A stretch of 64,000 bases of DNA from positions 32,001-96,000 of the IMG/VR virus record IMGVR_UViG_641201006_000001; one strand, 5' to 3'. Within the stretch, counting starts at the first letter, position 1. Every line of letters starts with the position of its first letter. The translations under genes were made by a program, and so were the position numbers. This stretch comes from a virus (lineage: Duplodnaviria > Caudoviricetes). The notes beneath the pieces were generated by a model that did no database searches, had not been told where the DNA came from, and was given only the letters and a program-made list of their open reading frames with translations. This document shows positions 35,363 through 45,275 of the stretch, one piece after another.

Positions 35363-36184
35363 ATGATTCTAATGCAAAAAGATTTAGAACAAATCATGCA
35401 AGAGACATTAGACGAGTTAAAAGGAATGAGTCTCGATGCAAATCCCGGTTCGGTGACACGCTTAATCTTGAACATCATGAACCAACAAATCAATGCGTTC
35501 TATGAAACGTTCACACTGAATCATGCACAAGCCTTTGTATCGAAAGCGAAGGGTTCGTTCCTTGACCAAATCGGTATGTTACTGAACTGTCAGCGATTAC
35601 CGGAAGAAGCACATGATGACGATGGCTATCGCTTCCGTATCACAAAGCAGATTCAAGTTGTAGCTTCTGCAAATGAAATGGCAGTACGACTGGCTGCACT
35701 ATCTGTAGATGGTGTGCAGGATGTGAAGATGAAACGATTCACACATGGCAGCGGTTCTTTTTCTGTCTATGTCGTTTCTGACAGTCCTATTACTCCTGAC
35801 TTCATTCTGCAAGCCGTACAACAAAAGATTGATGAGGTAGAATCATTCGGCGTACGAGGTGTTGTATTCCGACCTGAATTATTACCAGTCGATATGAGTG
35901 TTCGTTTAATCTTCAAGAAGACTGTCTCTGATCTTGAGCGTAAACTTGCTGTCGCAAAAGCACAAGAAACATTAAAGACTTACGTGAACAGCCGTAACGT
36001 TGGTGAGGCATTATCTGTCGCTCTTGTTGAAAGTGAATTAACAAACATTCATGAAGGCATTACGGACATCATCATCTATAACTTCAAGGTGAAGAATCGT
36101 CCGGCATTACCAGTCAATCAAACATGCGCATGGAATGAACGTTTCATCGAAAGCGATAAACCAAATGCCTTAATGGTAAGTTAG
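35363..36184 (+). CDS. Baseplate J-like wedge protein (short form, 273 aa)
   Basis: PGSVTR, AKGSFLDQIG..L..QR, DDDGYRFRI, ALSVDGVQDV and GSGSFSVYV are baseplate J motifs. Confidence 0.85.
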   Translation: MILMQKDLEQIMQETLDELKGMSLDANPGSVTRLILNIMNQQINAFYETFTLNHAQAFVSKAKGSFLDQIGMLLNCQRLPEEAHDDDGYRFRITKQIQVVASANEMAVRLAALSVDGVQDVKMKRFTHGSGSFSVYVVSDSPITPDFILQAVQQKIDEVESFGVRGVVFRPELLPVDMSVRLIFKKTVSDLERKLAVAKAQETLKTYVNSRNVGEALSVALVESELTNIHEGITDIIIYNFKVKNRPALPVNQTCAWNERFIESDKPNALMVS

Positions 36185-36198
36185 GAGGTGAAAGCAGT

Positions 36199-36996
36199 AT
36201 GAAAGATACACAACTGGATACTCGGCAGATACAAGCATCACGAGATGGATTCAAGAGCTTGCACGAGCAACTTGAGTTCGGACGATTCAACTCGGTGAAA
36301 AGTGGTGCTGCTCCTACGATGTTTCAGGAGTTACAAGCAACAGATGGTCAGACTGTTTTCACACTTCCTAACGGAACGTTTACAGTAGGCGACCATAGTT
36401 TGCAGGTCTATGCAAACGGAATGCTAATGAGAGAGGGTAAAACAAATGACTACATCGAAATCGACAACCGAACAATCGAGTTCTTATTCCCGCTTACTAG
36501 TCGGGACATCATTGTGTTCCGTGTGGCAGGTGGCACAAGCGGCCCATCACTTAGTGAGCGACATCAAGCAGTGGCTAATCAAACCGATTTTAAATTGGCA
36601 GGTAGCTATTCAACAGGTAATGATTCACTCATCGTCTTCGTCAGCGGGGCATACCAAACGCTAGGTGAAGATTACATCGAGGTCGATGCGAAGACTGTTC
36701 GCTTCTTACAACCTTTAGAAGAAGGTGACCTTGTAACATTCCGTGTCGAAGGGTTGCCCGCAATCGAAAGTAAATATAAGAATGTTCATATCCATCGTCA
36801 GTATGATTCCAACAAGCAACTCATCAAAGAGGAAATCACTGGCGATGAACGTCTAAGTAAAGAATATATTTACGACGAAGAAGGTAAGCCGAAGATGATG
36901 ATTACAAAAGATAGCGGTTATACCATCACCAAGACATATGAGTGGGATGGATTCAACTGCATCAACATTAGCGAAACCGTGAAGGAGGGCGTGTAA
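36199..36996 (+). CDS. Appendage protein: two LQVY.NG modules plus a short YD-like C-terminal tail
   Basis: ATDGQTVFTL...LQVYANG...DYIEID and AVANQTDFKL...DYIEVD. The C-terminus contains QYDSNKQLIK..EYIYDEEGK. Confidence 0.7.
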   Translation: MKDTQLDTRQIQASRDGFKSLHEQLEFGRFNSVKSGAAPTMFQELQATDGQTVFTLPNGTFTVGDHSLQVYANGMLMREGKTNDYIEIDNRTIEFLFPLTSRDIIVFRVAGGTSGPSLSERHQAVANQTDFKLAGSYSTGNDSLIVFVSGAYQTLGEDYIEVDAKTVRFLQPLEEGDLVTFRVEGLPAIESKYKNVHIHRQYDSNKQLIKEEITGDERLSKEYIYDEEGKPKMMITKDSGYTITKTYEWDGFNCINISETVKEGV

Positions 36997-38147
36997 TGGC
37001 ACAAGTCTTAGATGAGTTTGTAATCAACTACACCCTCCAACGTATGCAAGGACAACACGAAGCACTAGATAAACATACTAAAGAATACGAGGAGAAAACA
37101 GATGATTCTATATTACGGGTATCTAATCGTGTGGGGGATCTTGAGCAAAACGGCGTGGATTATTCGTCCGATATTAAAGACTTATACAAAGCTATCCAGC
37201 TTATGCAAAAAGATTTACGGGAAACTAAAACGGAACTGAATAAGACGAAGCTCATTAACTTGAAGCAGGAGATTATCATCCGTACACTGAACAACCTGAA
37301 ATATTTTGAAGCACATGATATGTTTACCGATACATTCGCTGATGGGTCGGGCATAGATTGGGAGAATAGTTTACGAGCAGAACTCTTAAACGGACAACAA
37401 GCCGTAGGGGTAACGCAGAAGTCGATTATCTCTGCACAACAAACGTCGCAGAAATCAACTCTACTTATCTCGAAGAATGGTTCTAGTGACGAAGCACTTG
37501 CACAATCATTCGTCGTTGATAAAACTCGTAAGCTAGATAAACTCGGCTTATGGCTAGAGCCTTTCAGCGTAGAAACATTCCGTCCGATTCATATCGGTAT
37601 TACGGATGTACTCGGTGGTTCATGGCTTCATAGTGTGACACTTGAAGTTGACCAAGTAGCGTCAGACTGGATGGAGATTGACTTCCCTGAACTATTACTT
37701 GAAGGCGGTAAGGATTACTACATTGTCATTCGTACAGATGATATTTACGGATACAAAGTCGGTATTGATCCGGTTGATAAATATATTGCTGGTTCTTCTT
37801 ACAGCTATTACAAGAATGTATGGACGGATAACAATCATGACTTATCATTCAAAGTATGGTGCTTCCTTGCTGATGATGAGAATGATGCGATTATCCTAAC
37901 GTATCCAAAAACATTGCCAACACTTCCTGAGATGATTGTATTCGAGAAGGAAGATACATTGTTTGATGGTACAGCTAACTATTACATATCACGAGATGGC
38001 GGAGCGCACTGGAAGATACTTCATCCGGGAATTGAAACAGACCTGAATGATTTACCTGCCGGGAAAACCGTTATTCTAAAAGCAATTGTTACAAGCACGG
38101 CACGTATTGAAGCGTGGGGCTATGTAATCAAAAGGAGTGAGGCATAA
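36996..38147 (+). CDS. Appendage protein: coiled coil plus shared nested scaffold
   Basis: N-terminal heptads, FTDTFADGSGID motif and YYISRDGGAHW...LKA...IEAWG. Confidence 0.7.
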   Translation: MAQVLDEFVINYTLQRMQGQHEALDKHTKEYEEKTDDSILRVSNRVGDLEQNGVDYSSDIKDLYKAIQLMQKDLRETKTELNKTKLINLKQEIIIRTLNNLKYFEAHDMFTDTFADGSGIDWENSLRAELLNGQQAVGVTQKSIISAQQTSQKSTLLISKNGSSDEALAQSFVVDKTRKLDKLGLWLEPFSVETFRPIHIGITDVLGGSWLHSVTLEVDQVASDWMEIDFPELLLEGGKDYYIVIRTDDIYGYKVGIDPVDKYIAGSSYSYYKNVWTDNNHDLSFKVWCFLADDENDAIILTYPKTLPTLPEMIVFEKEDTLFDGTANYYISRDGGAHWKILHPGIETDLNDLPAGKTVILKAIVTSTARIEAWGYVIKRSEA

Positions 38148-41100
38148 TGGTAACACGCTTAAATCAGACACGAGTTAAGGGTGGCGATCCGCAGTACGAG
38201 AATCTACAAGAAGAACTGCGTGCAAGAACCTTCGGTGGGGATTATAAAATCCCTATCGGCGGTATACCTCGTAGTGACTTATCTGATGATGTCAGAACTG
38301 CACTACAAAAGGGCGAGTCCGCCTACATGAAACCAGAGGGAGGGATTCCAAATGGCGACCTTGATGTAAACGTCCGTAACTCGTTAACCAAAGCGAGTAC
38401 GTCCTATCAAAAGCCGAGTTTAGGAATCCCTCTTGCTGATTTAACAGAAGACTTACAGAAGCGTTTAAGCGACTTCTCGAACTTCTATGTGTATCCGAAC
38501 GGTGGTATTCCATTAGTAGACTTTGATACACAAGTAAAAGATTTATTGTCAAAAGCAAAGACTGCGTATCAGAAACCTGCTGACGGCATTAGCACGAAGG
38601 ATTTACACAAAGATGTACTCGATACATTAGGAAAAGCGACGACGGCATATCAAAAGCCTGAGGGCGGTATTCCATTAACAGACATCGCTGTTCCACTTGT
38701 GCAAGCTGGTGAGCTAGAACCGATGGAAGAACATATGAAGGATGCGTCAAAACATATCACTGACCATACGAAGCTGCTTAACGTTGGTAAGAAAACGCAT
38801 GACGAGATTGATACGTCGATAGACAATATGCAGAACGACATGATTCTCTTACAAAAAGAGATGTCCGATGCCCGTGATACATTCGTATCGCTTGATGGTC
38901 GTTTCAATGCTTCGATTGGTCGTAATACATCTTATGAAGTAAAGACTTATAATGACTGGCGCATGGGTGGATTCACGGGACTACAACCAACAAAAGAAGA
39001 TCTCGTTGTATTTAACTATCCAGTCGAAACAGTCATGACGAGTATTCATGATATATCGGGTCAAGAAACATTGACTGCTGATAACAAAGTTGGTGACCTT
39101 GCATTTCTATCCTACTCCGGATTCAGACCGGGAAGCGAATGGATAGCGGGATACTCGACAAATGTCGGTGTAAAAGTAAAAGCATTTGTATATGCACCAA
39201 TCACTGGTGAGTATCAATTCTCCATGCAGTTTACAGGGCGTTGCCGTCTACAAGTTGCAGGTAAACTCTTATTTGATACAAGAGATACATCAACTCCAAT
39301 TGATGCTTACACTGGTAAAGGCTCTGTATTCCTAGAGGGTGGTAAGTTATATCCAATCGTCGGTGAGGGTTGGTATAAGAGTACGAATACGAGAGTGTTA
39401 ACATTGCAATGGAGTACACCTGCAATGGCTGGCTTTACAAACATTCCATTAGAGAATATGAATATGTCGGGCTACACAAACAAAGATGGTGTCTATGAAT
39501 CTCATGTTATTGATTTAAAAGATGCGCAGGTGAATATGTGGTATCTGCAAACGGTGATGCGAGATTACTTGCAGGAAGATGATGTTACATCTGAAATTTG
39601 TACGAGTGATGATGGGAATGTATTCTCTGAATGGGTTGCAACAGAAAGCAACGGAGAGATACGAGTACCGCCGAAGCAGTATATCAAAGTTCGTCACACG
39701 CTTCATAAACGTGATGGACAATATACACCGGCTCTAATTAGTTACTCTATCCGTATGATCTCGGCTCGCAACAATGAAATCATCAAGGAACTATCTGATG
39801 CTCGTGCTACATTTGATTCCTTGCAAAAGCGATTAGACAACATGGCGGAATCCATTCAGACAATTGCTGAACTGTATGACAACATGGATCAATCGTTTAT
39901 TCATCCGGAACAATTTGCGAGTGTAAGACTACTTGCGATTGAACTGAACTTACTACAAACCTATGTCCGTGAAGCAAGAGCGAAGGCAGACTTTGTGCCA
40001 ATCGTAAATGGCTTCGTTGACCCGTTTAAGAATGACAAAGGTATTGATAGAAGTAAGAGTGATGCATTCAATATTACAGCGAATGGATTAGTTCAAGTCG
40101 AAACCAAAATGGAAATGAAGACATCAAATGATTGGGCGCAATGGGACTTAGATAGACTGGATTTCGCAAAAGGTGAACTAACACTGGGTGCAAACTATGA
40201 TGCATATCCGGTTTATGAATCAAAGCTAAGTAATAGAAAGTATGACACATCCTATGATGTTGATTACGGAGATGGATATAAACTAGCGCAAGCCTTTTAT
40301 CCAAAGGATGAATCGCAGTTTATTAAATCCTTCACCTTCTACGGAAGCATGAACGGGTATAGTACGAATGTTAGTATGACAATCTATGAAGATGTGAATC
40401 GTGGCTATTCTCCGGGCGGTAACTCTATCTTTTATAAAAGTTATGTAGGAGGAACAGAAACATTTATACTGAATCATAAAATCAAACCGGGTGCAAAATA
40501 TTGGGTTGTCTTTGATTTACAAAGTGCAAGTTCCGGTACACGATTCTACTGTAGTAATCTTGCAAATGCTGACCCTCGATTAATCAGCGATAACCCGGAG
40601 AAAGCAATGTTAAAAGCATGGTTCCGACCATTCTCCGGAAGAGAAGTCTTTGAACCTGTCAATGCGTGCTTAAACTTTGAGATTGTAGAGACAATCGGTT
40701 ACGAGCCGGAAGGTAATGGCGAAAAGATTATCGACCACGGCAGACCTCTTACTTATGTAAAGTCAGAAGTAACAGCAGCCGATGTCAATGACGGAGCAGT
40801 CAATGTAACCTACCAAAGTTCAGATAATAAAATCGACTGGTCACCTGAGACAACGAAGATTGAAGAGTTACCGTCAAGCCGTTATCTCAAGATTAAGGTG
40901 AACATGAAAAAGAGTACGAAGAAGTACGGTACACCACGACTGCAAAACATTACGCTCTACACACTCAAAAAGAATGCAGAGATTGTGTCTGTACCACTTG
41001 AGATAGAGCGACTGCCGACTCATACAATACTGTCGGCATCTACAAGTCGTGACTCGGCTGTAACATATGCCGTATCTCGTGATGATGGTAAAACGTGGCT

Positions 41101-41785
41101 TCCATGTTTACCTGCTCACTATGCAGAGCTATCGAAGTTACCTCCGGGTAAAACGATTCGCTTAAAAGCAATCATGGATGCGAAGTATCCTGATACAGCT
41201 TTAAAAGAGTGGGGCGTAATTGGACTTCACTACAGAGATGTAACGGGTCAAAACATTACAGCACTGTATGAAGAATACACAGCGCAGGATGGACAAACAA
41301 TATTCCATCTTGAGAATCCATACCCGGTGGGTAACCATGCATTGCAAGTATTCGTCAACGGTATCCGTCAATCCGAAGGTAAAGATTACAATGAGATTGA
41401 CCAGCATACAATTGAGTTCACAGAAGGACTGTATAATAACCCGGCTGGTATTGACCGTGTAACATTCGTTGTAGCGACAGGTGCTTATGATGTTCATGAT
41501 TCTACACTGGTAAGTCGCATCGAGAACATGGAGCGATTACATCAAGAAGAACTTGTGGATTATGAGAAGATACATGAGTACAATGAAGCAGGTCAGCTCA
41601 TTAAAACAAAGTACGAAGGTACGCTTGAGTATTATACAATTGAGTACACGTACTATGATAATGGGAAAGAACACTTCCGTATTGTCACAAAAGGAAATAC
41701 AATTAAGACAACGGAATACATCTATGACAAATTCAACAACATTGTCATGGAGAGAGTGAAAATTAGTGAGGTGACAAGTGCATGA
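38147..41785 (+). CDS. Large appendage protein (1212 aa) with 27-aa repeats and a PA14-like carbohydrate-binding domain
   Basis: Six Y.KP.GGIP..DL repeats, AFVYAPITGEYQF...RLQVAG..LFD...VFLEGGKLYPI...LQWSTP (PA14-like), the shared scaffold, one LQVFVNG module and a YD-like tail. Confidence 0.8.
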   Translation: MVTRLNQTRVKGGDPQYENLQEELRARTFGGDYKIPIGGIPRSDLSDDVRTALQKGESAYMKPEGGIPNGDLDVNVRNSLTKASTSYQKPSLGIPLADLTEDLQKRLSDFSNFYVYPNGGIPLVDFDTQVKDLLSKAKTAYQKPADGISTKDLHKDVLDTLGKATTAYQKPEGGIPLTDIAVPLVQAGELEPMEEHMKDASKHITDHTKLLNVGKKTHDEIDTSIDNMQNDMILLQKEMSDARDTFVSLDGRFNASIGRNTSYEVKTYNDWRMGGFTGLQPTKEDLVVFNYPVETVMTSIHDISGQETLTADNKVGDLAFLSYSGFRPGSEWIAGYSTNVGVKVKAFVYAPITGEYQFSMQFTGRCRLQVAGKLLFDTRDTSTPIDAYTGKGSVFLEGGKLYPIVGEGWYKSTNTRVLTLQWSTPAMAGFTNIPLENMNMSGYTNKDGVYESHVIDLKDAQVNMWYLQTVMRDYLQEDDVTSEICTSDDGNVFSEWVATESNGEIRVPPKQYIKVRHTLHKRDGQYTPALISYSIRMISARNNEIIKELSDARATFDSLQKRLDNMAESIQTIAELYDNMDQSFIHPEQFASVRLLAIELNLLQTYVREARAKADFVPIVNGFVDPFKNDKGIDRSKSDAFNITANGLVQVETKMEMKTSNDWAQWDLDRLDFAKGELTLGANYDAYPVYESKLSNRKYDTSYDVDYGDGYKLAQAFYPKDESQFIKSFTFYGSMNGYSTNVSMTIYEDVNRGYSPGGNSIFYKSYVGGTETFILNHKIKPGAKYWVVFDLQSASSGTRFYCSNLANADPRLISDNPEKAMLKAWFRPFSGREVFEPVNACLNFEIVETIGYEPEGNGEKIIDHGRPLTYVKSEVTAADVNDGAVNVTYQSSDNKIDWSPETTKIEELPSSRYLKIKVNMKKSTKKYGTPRLQNITLYTLKKNAEIVSVPLEIERLPTHTILSASTSRDSAVTYAVSRDDGKTWLPCLPAHYAELSKLPPGKTIRLKAIMDAKYPDTALKEWGVIGLHYRDVTGQNITALYEEYTAQDGQTIFHLENPYPVGNHALQVFVNGIRQSEGKDYNEIDQHTIEFTEGLYNNPAGIDRVTFVVATGAYDVHDSTLVSRIENMERLHQEELVDYEKIHEYNEAGQLIKTKYEGTLEYYTIEYTYYDNGKEHFRIVTKGNTIKTTEYIYDKFNNIVMERVKISEVTSA
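38243..38686 (+). repeat. Six degenerate coding tandem repeats with an 81-nt (27-aa) period
   Basis: Tyr codons start the units at 38243, 38324, 38405, 38486, 38567 and 38648. Consensus Y.KP.GGIP..DL...V...L.KA.TA. Confidence 0.9.
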
Positions 41786-44592
41786 CGCAACGTGCGAATC
41801 TACACCAATTACAACGTACAAGCATCGGACACCCGACCTTCTATGAACAATACACACAGTTAGAAAAGAACTCGGCTCATCAACGTGAGCCGGTTCGTTA
41901 TGCTGGTGACTTACCTATGACGGGTAACCGTGATGGGAGTCAGTGTCTTGTACTGGATGAAGGTACGGTGTACTACTGGAATGATGGATTACAAAAGTGG
42001 CAATCTGTATTAGGGAAAGCATACGAGGTATCTAGTAATATGCGACGCTTCAAGCGTAAGTATACTGCCGAAGAAGGACAGACAGTCTTCCACTTAGACT
42101 TTATTTATGAAGTCGGTGCAGATGCTTTAGATGTTTATGTACAGGGGATGTTGCAAGATGTTAACCAAGATTATGAAGAGACTGATGACAGAACGATCAC
42201 GTTCCGTAACCCGCTTCCAAAAGATATTATCGTCACTGTCGCAACACCGATGGTAATTGAAGGTACATACGGTGTACGTGAAATCGAGAAGCGCTTAAAA
42301 GAACTGGAACACAATAACTATCAAATGATTATGTCCCAGTATTATAGCGGTAAGCCTGTAGAAGTTCGCGGCATACTATTCGACGGCTTCCTTGATACAA
42401 AATACATTGACTTTATGATGACATCATTAAACATGAAGTATGATAACATCTTAAAGACAATGCGGCTCGACGGAGAATCTATTGTGATGTTATATGAAAC
42501 ATTCGATAACAATACGCTCATAGATCCAACGTCAGAAGTATTACTAAAGAACTCGGAGATTACCTTGCCGATTGAAGCGGTCTACAAGGAAGTATTCAAA
42601 GATGACTTCTCAACTCGTCGTTATATCAATGAAGAAATGACAAATGCCTACCACGACCTTGAGAAACAATTGATTACAACAGTCGATACATTTGCAGGGG
42701 CGAACCATTACTATAAAGGTGACTTTATGGGTACGACAGGGAAGGCTGACCAAGTAGGATTTAACAGCACTCAATCTGTAAACAGAGTTTACTATCAATC
42801 TACTGCATACGATTTCACAAACCAAAGTACTAGAAGTACATCCCCTTACAATGTGTTCAGTGTTATTCCGACGCAGTATTATATATGGGGTGCTAGTGAT
42901 GAACATATCTATGGTAAAACGAAGTTTCCTTATGATACTAATTACTATTTACAAGGAGCAGAGAGCTACCGAAATGCAATCGTTCATCCCTTTGCAGGCT
43001 CGCCAGCTACGTACGAATATCGTTCATTACCTCTTGCATCTGATTTTGATGGAGGGAAATATAAGTACATGATGGTATATGTAAAAAGCGCTGATGCGAT
43101 TTATGCACTGTACCAATACGCCGAAGGGTCAGATAAATATTATCAAAAATTGATTACTAGTAAGATGAGAAATTCGTATGCCATCAATGACATGGTTAAT
43201 GCGGGAATACCAGCGAATCGACCACCGAATATATTTGGTTCCGATACAACAAATTTCACACAGTCAACTGATTACATCTATCAAATTGCTGCAACAGAAA
43301 AAGAAGTTTTACTTCGTACAAAAGACAAGGTACATTTCCTTGACGTTGCAACCAATAAGATTGTAAAGACATTAGACTGGTCTACATCTGATGTAAGACC
43401 TGCTATTTTCAATAGGGGTTCTCAACAGTTTGCGGCTGACGCTAGATACTTATATTTCCCGTCTTCTTATACCATCAATAGTGTAACTGGATATTACATT
43501 GAAGTGTTTGATATTAACACAGGTGCGTTTGTGAATCGCATCTTAGTATCACAAGCGAATCAAACGTATCTTACGACAGCTATGCATTTTGATTTCCATA
43601 CCTCCCGCTTGATACTAGGTCAGAATCAATCTGGTAAATATGGTTTAATGGGAAAAGAAGTAAATAGCTATACGGTGAGTACCAGCTATTTATCATTCGT
43701 TATATTCGATACGCCAAACGTAAACGAACGTATCGTTCAATCGAAACCAATCACAACGAATCTACCTGTTATTAACTATCGTCTGCGAGCTACACAAACA
43801 TTGAATGATGGATTGATAACATACTATATTCGTATTGGCGGAGGCGCATGGATTAAGATTGATAAGGACAAAGAGAACACTTATGTGAATCCGAATGGTG
43901 CGAAGGAAACAACGTTAGAACTGCGTGCGGTATTACGTACCACAAGTCAATCTACAACGTCGCCGATCTTAACGGACTGGACATTAGAAGTGATGCCTTT
44001 TAAAACAACTGGTATCTACAAATCTATCACAAAGCAAATGTCACTCAAGGATGGTACTGGCGGACGGTTAATCACAACAGAATCTATTCCTGTTACATCT
44101 TCCCTGCAATGGTCACTACAAGTGCAGAAGGATATGCCGGAGATTACATTCTCATCTAGTAAGGAGTTCACGATACCTGATAATGTATTTGAAGGTGATG
44201 TAACACTCTTTGCGAGACTCGGTACAAACAATGTACTGATGTCACCAGTCGTTCAAGATGCACAGATCCAACTATATAAAGTAAATGCTGGTATACTTGA
44301 GTCAACCATCTTCGAACAAACGGATGACGTAAAGAATGTTACGATGTGGGTAACGTCCGGTTCATCTAATGACTACTACAAAGCACATCTATCTCGTGAC
44401 GGAGGTAAGACATGGGAGCTTGGTAAGCGTGTGAATGCCGTAAAAGGAAACGACGGCAACGTAGAAACAGAGTGGAAGTTTGATATGAAGACAGATACAT
44501 CCGAAAAGCGTAAAATAAAAATTAAATTAGAGATGAACGGCGTAACAGAGATTCACCAGTACGGTGCTGTTATTAGTCCATCGAAGGAGTGA
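41782..44592 (+). CDS. Appendage/receptor-binding candidate (936 aa)
   Basis: One LDVYVQG module, three D.F....ID half-motifs, a Tyr/Asn/Thr-rich central region and C-terminal LSRDGGKTW...IHQYG. Confidence 0.7.
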   Translation: MTQRANLHQLQRTSIGHPTFYEQYTQLEKNSAHQREPVRYAGDLPMTGNRDGSQCLVLDEGTVYYWNDGLQKWQSVLGKAYEVSSNMRRFKRKYTAEEGQTVFHLDFIYEVGADALDVYVQGMLQDVNQDYEETDDRTITFRNPLPKDIIVTVATPMVIEGTYGVREIEKRLKELEHNNYQMIMSQYYSGKPVEVRGILFDGFLDTKYIDFMMTSLNMKYDNILKTMRLDGESIVMLYETFDNNTLIDPTSEVLLKNSEITLPIEAVYKEVFKDDFSTRRYINEEMTNAYHDLEKQLITTVDTFAGANHYYKGDFMGTTGKADQVGFNSTQSVNRVYYQSTAYDFTNQSTRSTSPYNVFSVIPTQYYIWGASDEHIYGKTKFPYDTNYYLQGAESYRNAIVHPFAGSPATYEYRSLPLASDFDGGKYKYMMVYVKSADAIYALYQYAEGSDKYYQKLITSKMRNSYAINDMVNAGIPANRPPNIFGSDTTNFTQSTDYIYQIAATEKEVLLRTKDKVHFLDVATNKIVKTLDWSTSDVRPAIFNRGSQQFAADARYLYFPSSYTINSVTGYYIEVFDINTGAFVNRILVSQANQTYLTTAMHFDFHTSRLILGQNQSGKYGLMGKEVNSYTVSTSYLSFVIFDTPNVNERIVQSKPITTNLPVINYRLRATQTLNDGLITYYIRIGGGAWIKIDKDKENTYVNPNGAKETTLELRAVLRTTSQSTTSPILTDWTLEVMPFKTTGIYKSITKQMSLKDGTGGRLITTESIPVTSSLQWSLQVQKDMPEITFSSSKEFTIPDNVFEGDVTLFARLGTNNVLMSPVVQDAQIQLYKVNAGILESTIFEQTDDVKNVTMWVTSGSSNDYYKAHLSRDGGKTWELGKRVNAVKGNDGNVETEWKFDMKTDTSEKRKIKIKLEMNGVTEIHQYGAVISPSKE

Positions 44593-44596
44593 TCGC

Positions 44597-45211
44597 ATGA
44601 AGCAACTTCACCCTGAACAGTTGCCGACAGAAATCATTGAGTTACTACAAACACTCAATGGTAAAATCGACAGCTTACAAACTGAACTAAAGGAGCTGAA
44701 AGACCTTATGGCAATTTCAGAAGCGAGTTTCAATTTACTACAGAACAAGGTAGAAACATTAGAGGGTCAGATCGTTGAGATAAACGAATCTGTATTCGAA
44801 CTAGAGAAGAAATTCACAAAAGACTTCACAGACTTCCATGATTCAACAACAGAAACAATGACTGCTTTACTGAGTCGCATTGTTGCAATGGAAAAAACAC
44901 ATCTTGAATTAGCGAAGAAAGAACTTGTAATTGGATTAAGTGGTGCAGAATTAATGGCGCTACAAATTAAACTACCTACAACAGATGAGTTCGGTTGTGC
45001 GATTACATGGAAATCTGATAAACCACAATACATTACAGATGCAGGTGCTATCACAAGACCTACTCACGAGGAGGGTACGCAATCTGTTACAATGACTGCA
45101 ACACTTGCTTACGGTGGTTCAACAGATACGAAATCATTTGTACTAGAAGTAATTGCATTACCTGCTCCGGAACCTGAGCCTGAACCGGAAACAGAAACAC
45201 CACAAAGTTAA
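44597..45211 (+). CDS. Coiled-coil protein with a C-terminal bacterial Ig-like domain and a PE-repeat tail
   Basis: AAGGAG RBS supports ATG 44597. Heptad region, LPT....AITWKS.....I...G.ITRP......VTMTATL...KSF.LEV, then PEPEPEPETETP. Confidence 0.7.
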   Translation: MKQLHPEQLPTEIIELLQTLNGKIDSLQTELKELKDLMAISEASFNLLQNKVETLEGQIVEINESVFELEKKFTKDFTDFHDSTTETMTALLSRIVAMEKTHLELAKKELVIGLSGAELMALQIKLPTTDEFGCAITWKSDKPQYITDAGAITRPTHEEGTQSVTMTATLAYGGSTDTKSFVLEVIALPAPEPEPEPETETPQS

Positions 45212-45230
45212 GGCATCTCAATTCTGAGAA

Positions 45231-45239
45231 TGCTATAAT
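45231..45239 (+). promoter_or_regulatory. Possible extended -10 element (TGnTATAAT)
   Basis: tgctataat in the intergenic gap, with no recognisable -35. Confidence 0.3.
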
Positions 45240-45240
45240 A

Positions 45241-45275
45241 AAGACGAACGTGAACCATGCGTTCGTCTTCTTTGT
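45241..45275 (+). terminator. Stem-loop, probable terminator
   Basis: Perfect 10-bp stem aagacgaacg...cgttcgtctt followed by ctttgt. Confidence 0.65.

Noticed and set aside
4816-36184. Bacterial tailocin/eCIS or T6SS locus rather than a phage
   Set aside because: Neck-like genes, tape-measure-size ORFs, no host or secretion genes in 64 kb and restriction-site avoidance favour a large myophage. Capsid genes are not in the window, so this is not formally excluded.
38243-38686. CRISPR array or DGR template/variable repeat
   Set aside because: The repeats are in frame and conserved at protein level with synonymous divergence. There are no spacers, no adenine-specific mismatch pattern and no reverse transcriptase in the window.
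45165-45205. CCGGAA/CCTGAG short repeats
   Set aside because: They simply encode the PEPEPEPETETP tail.
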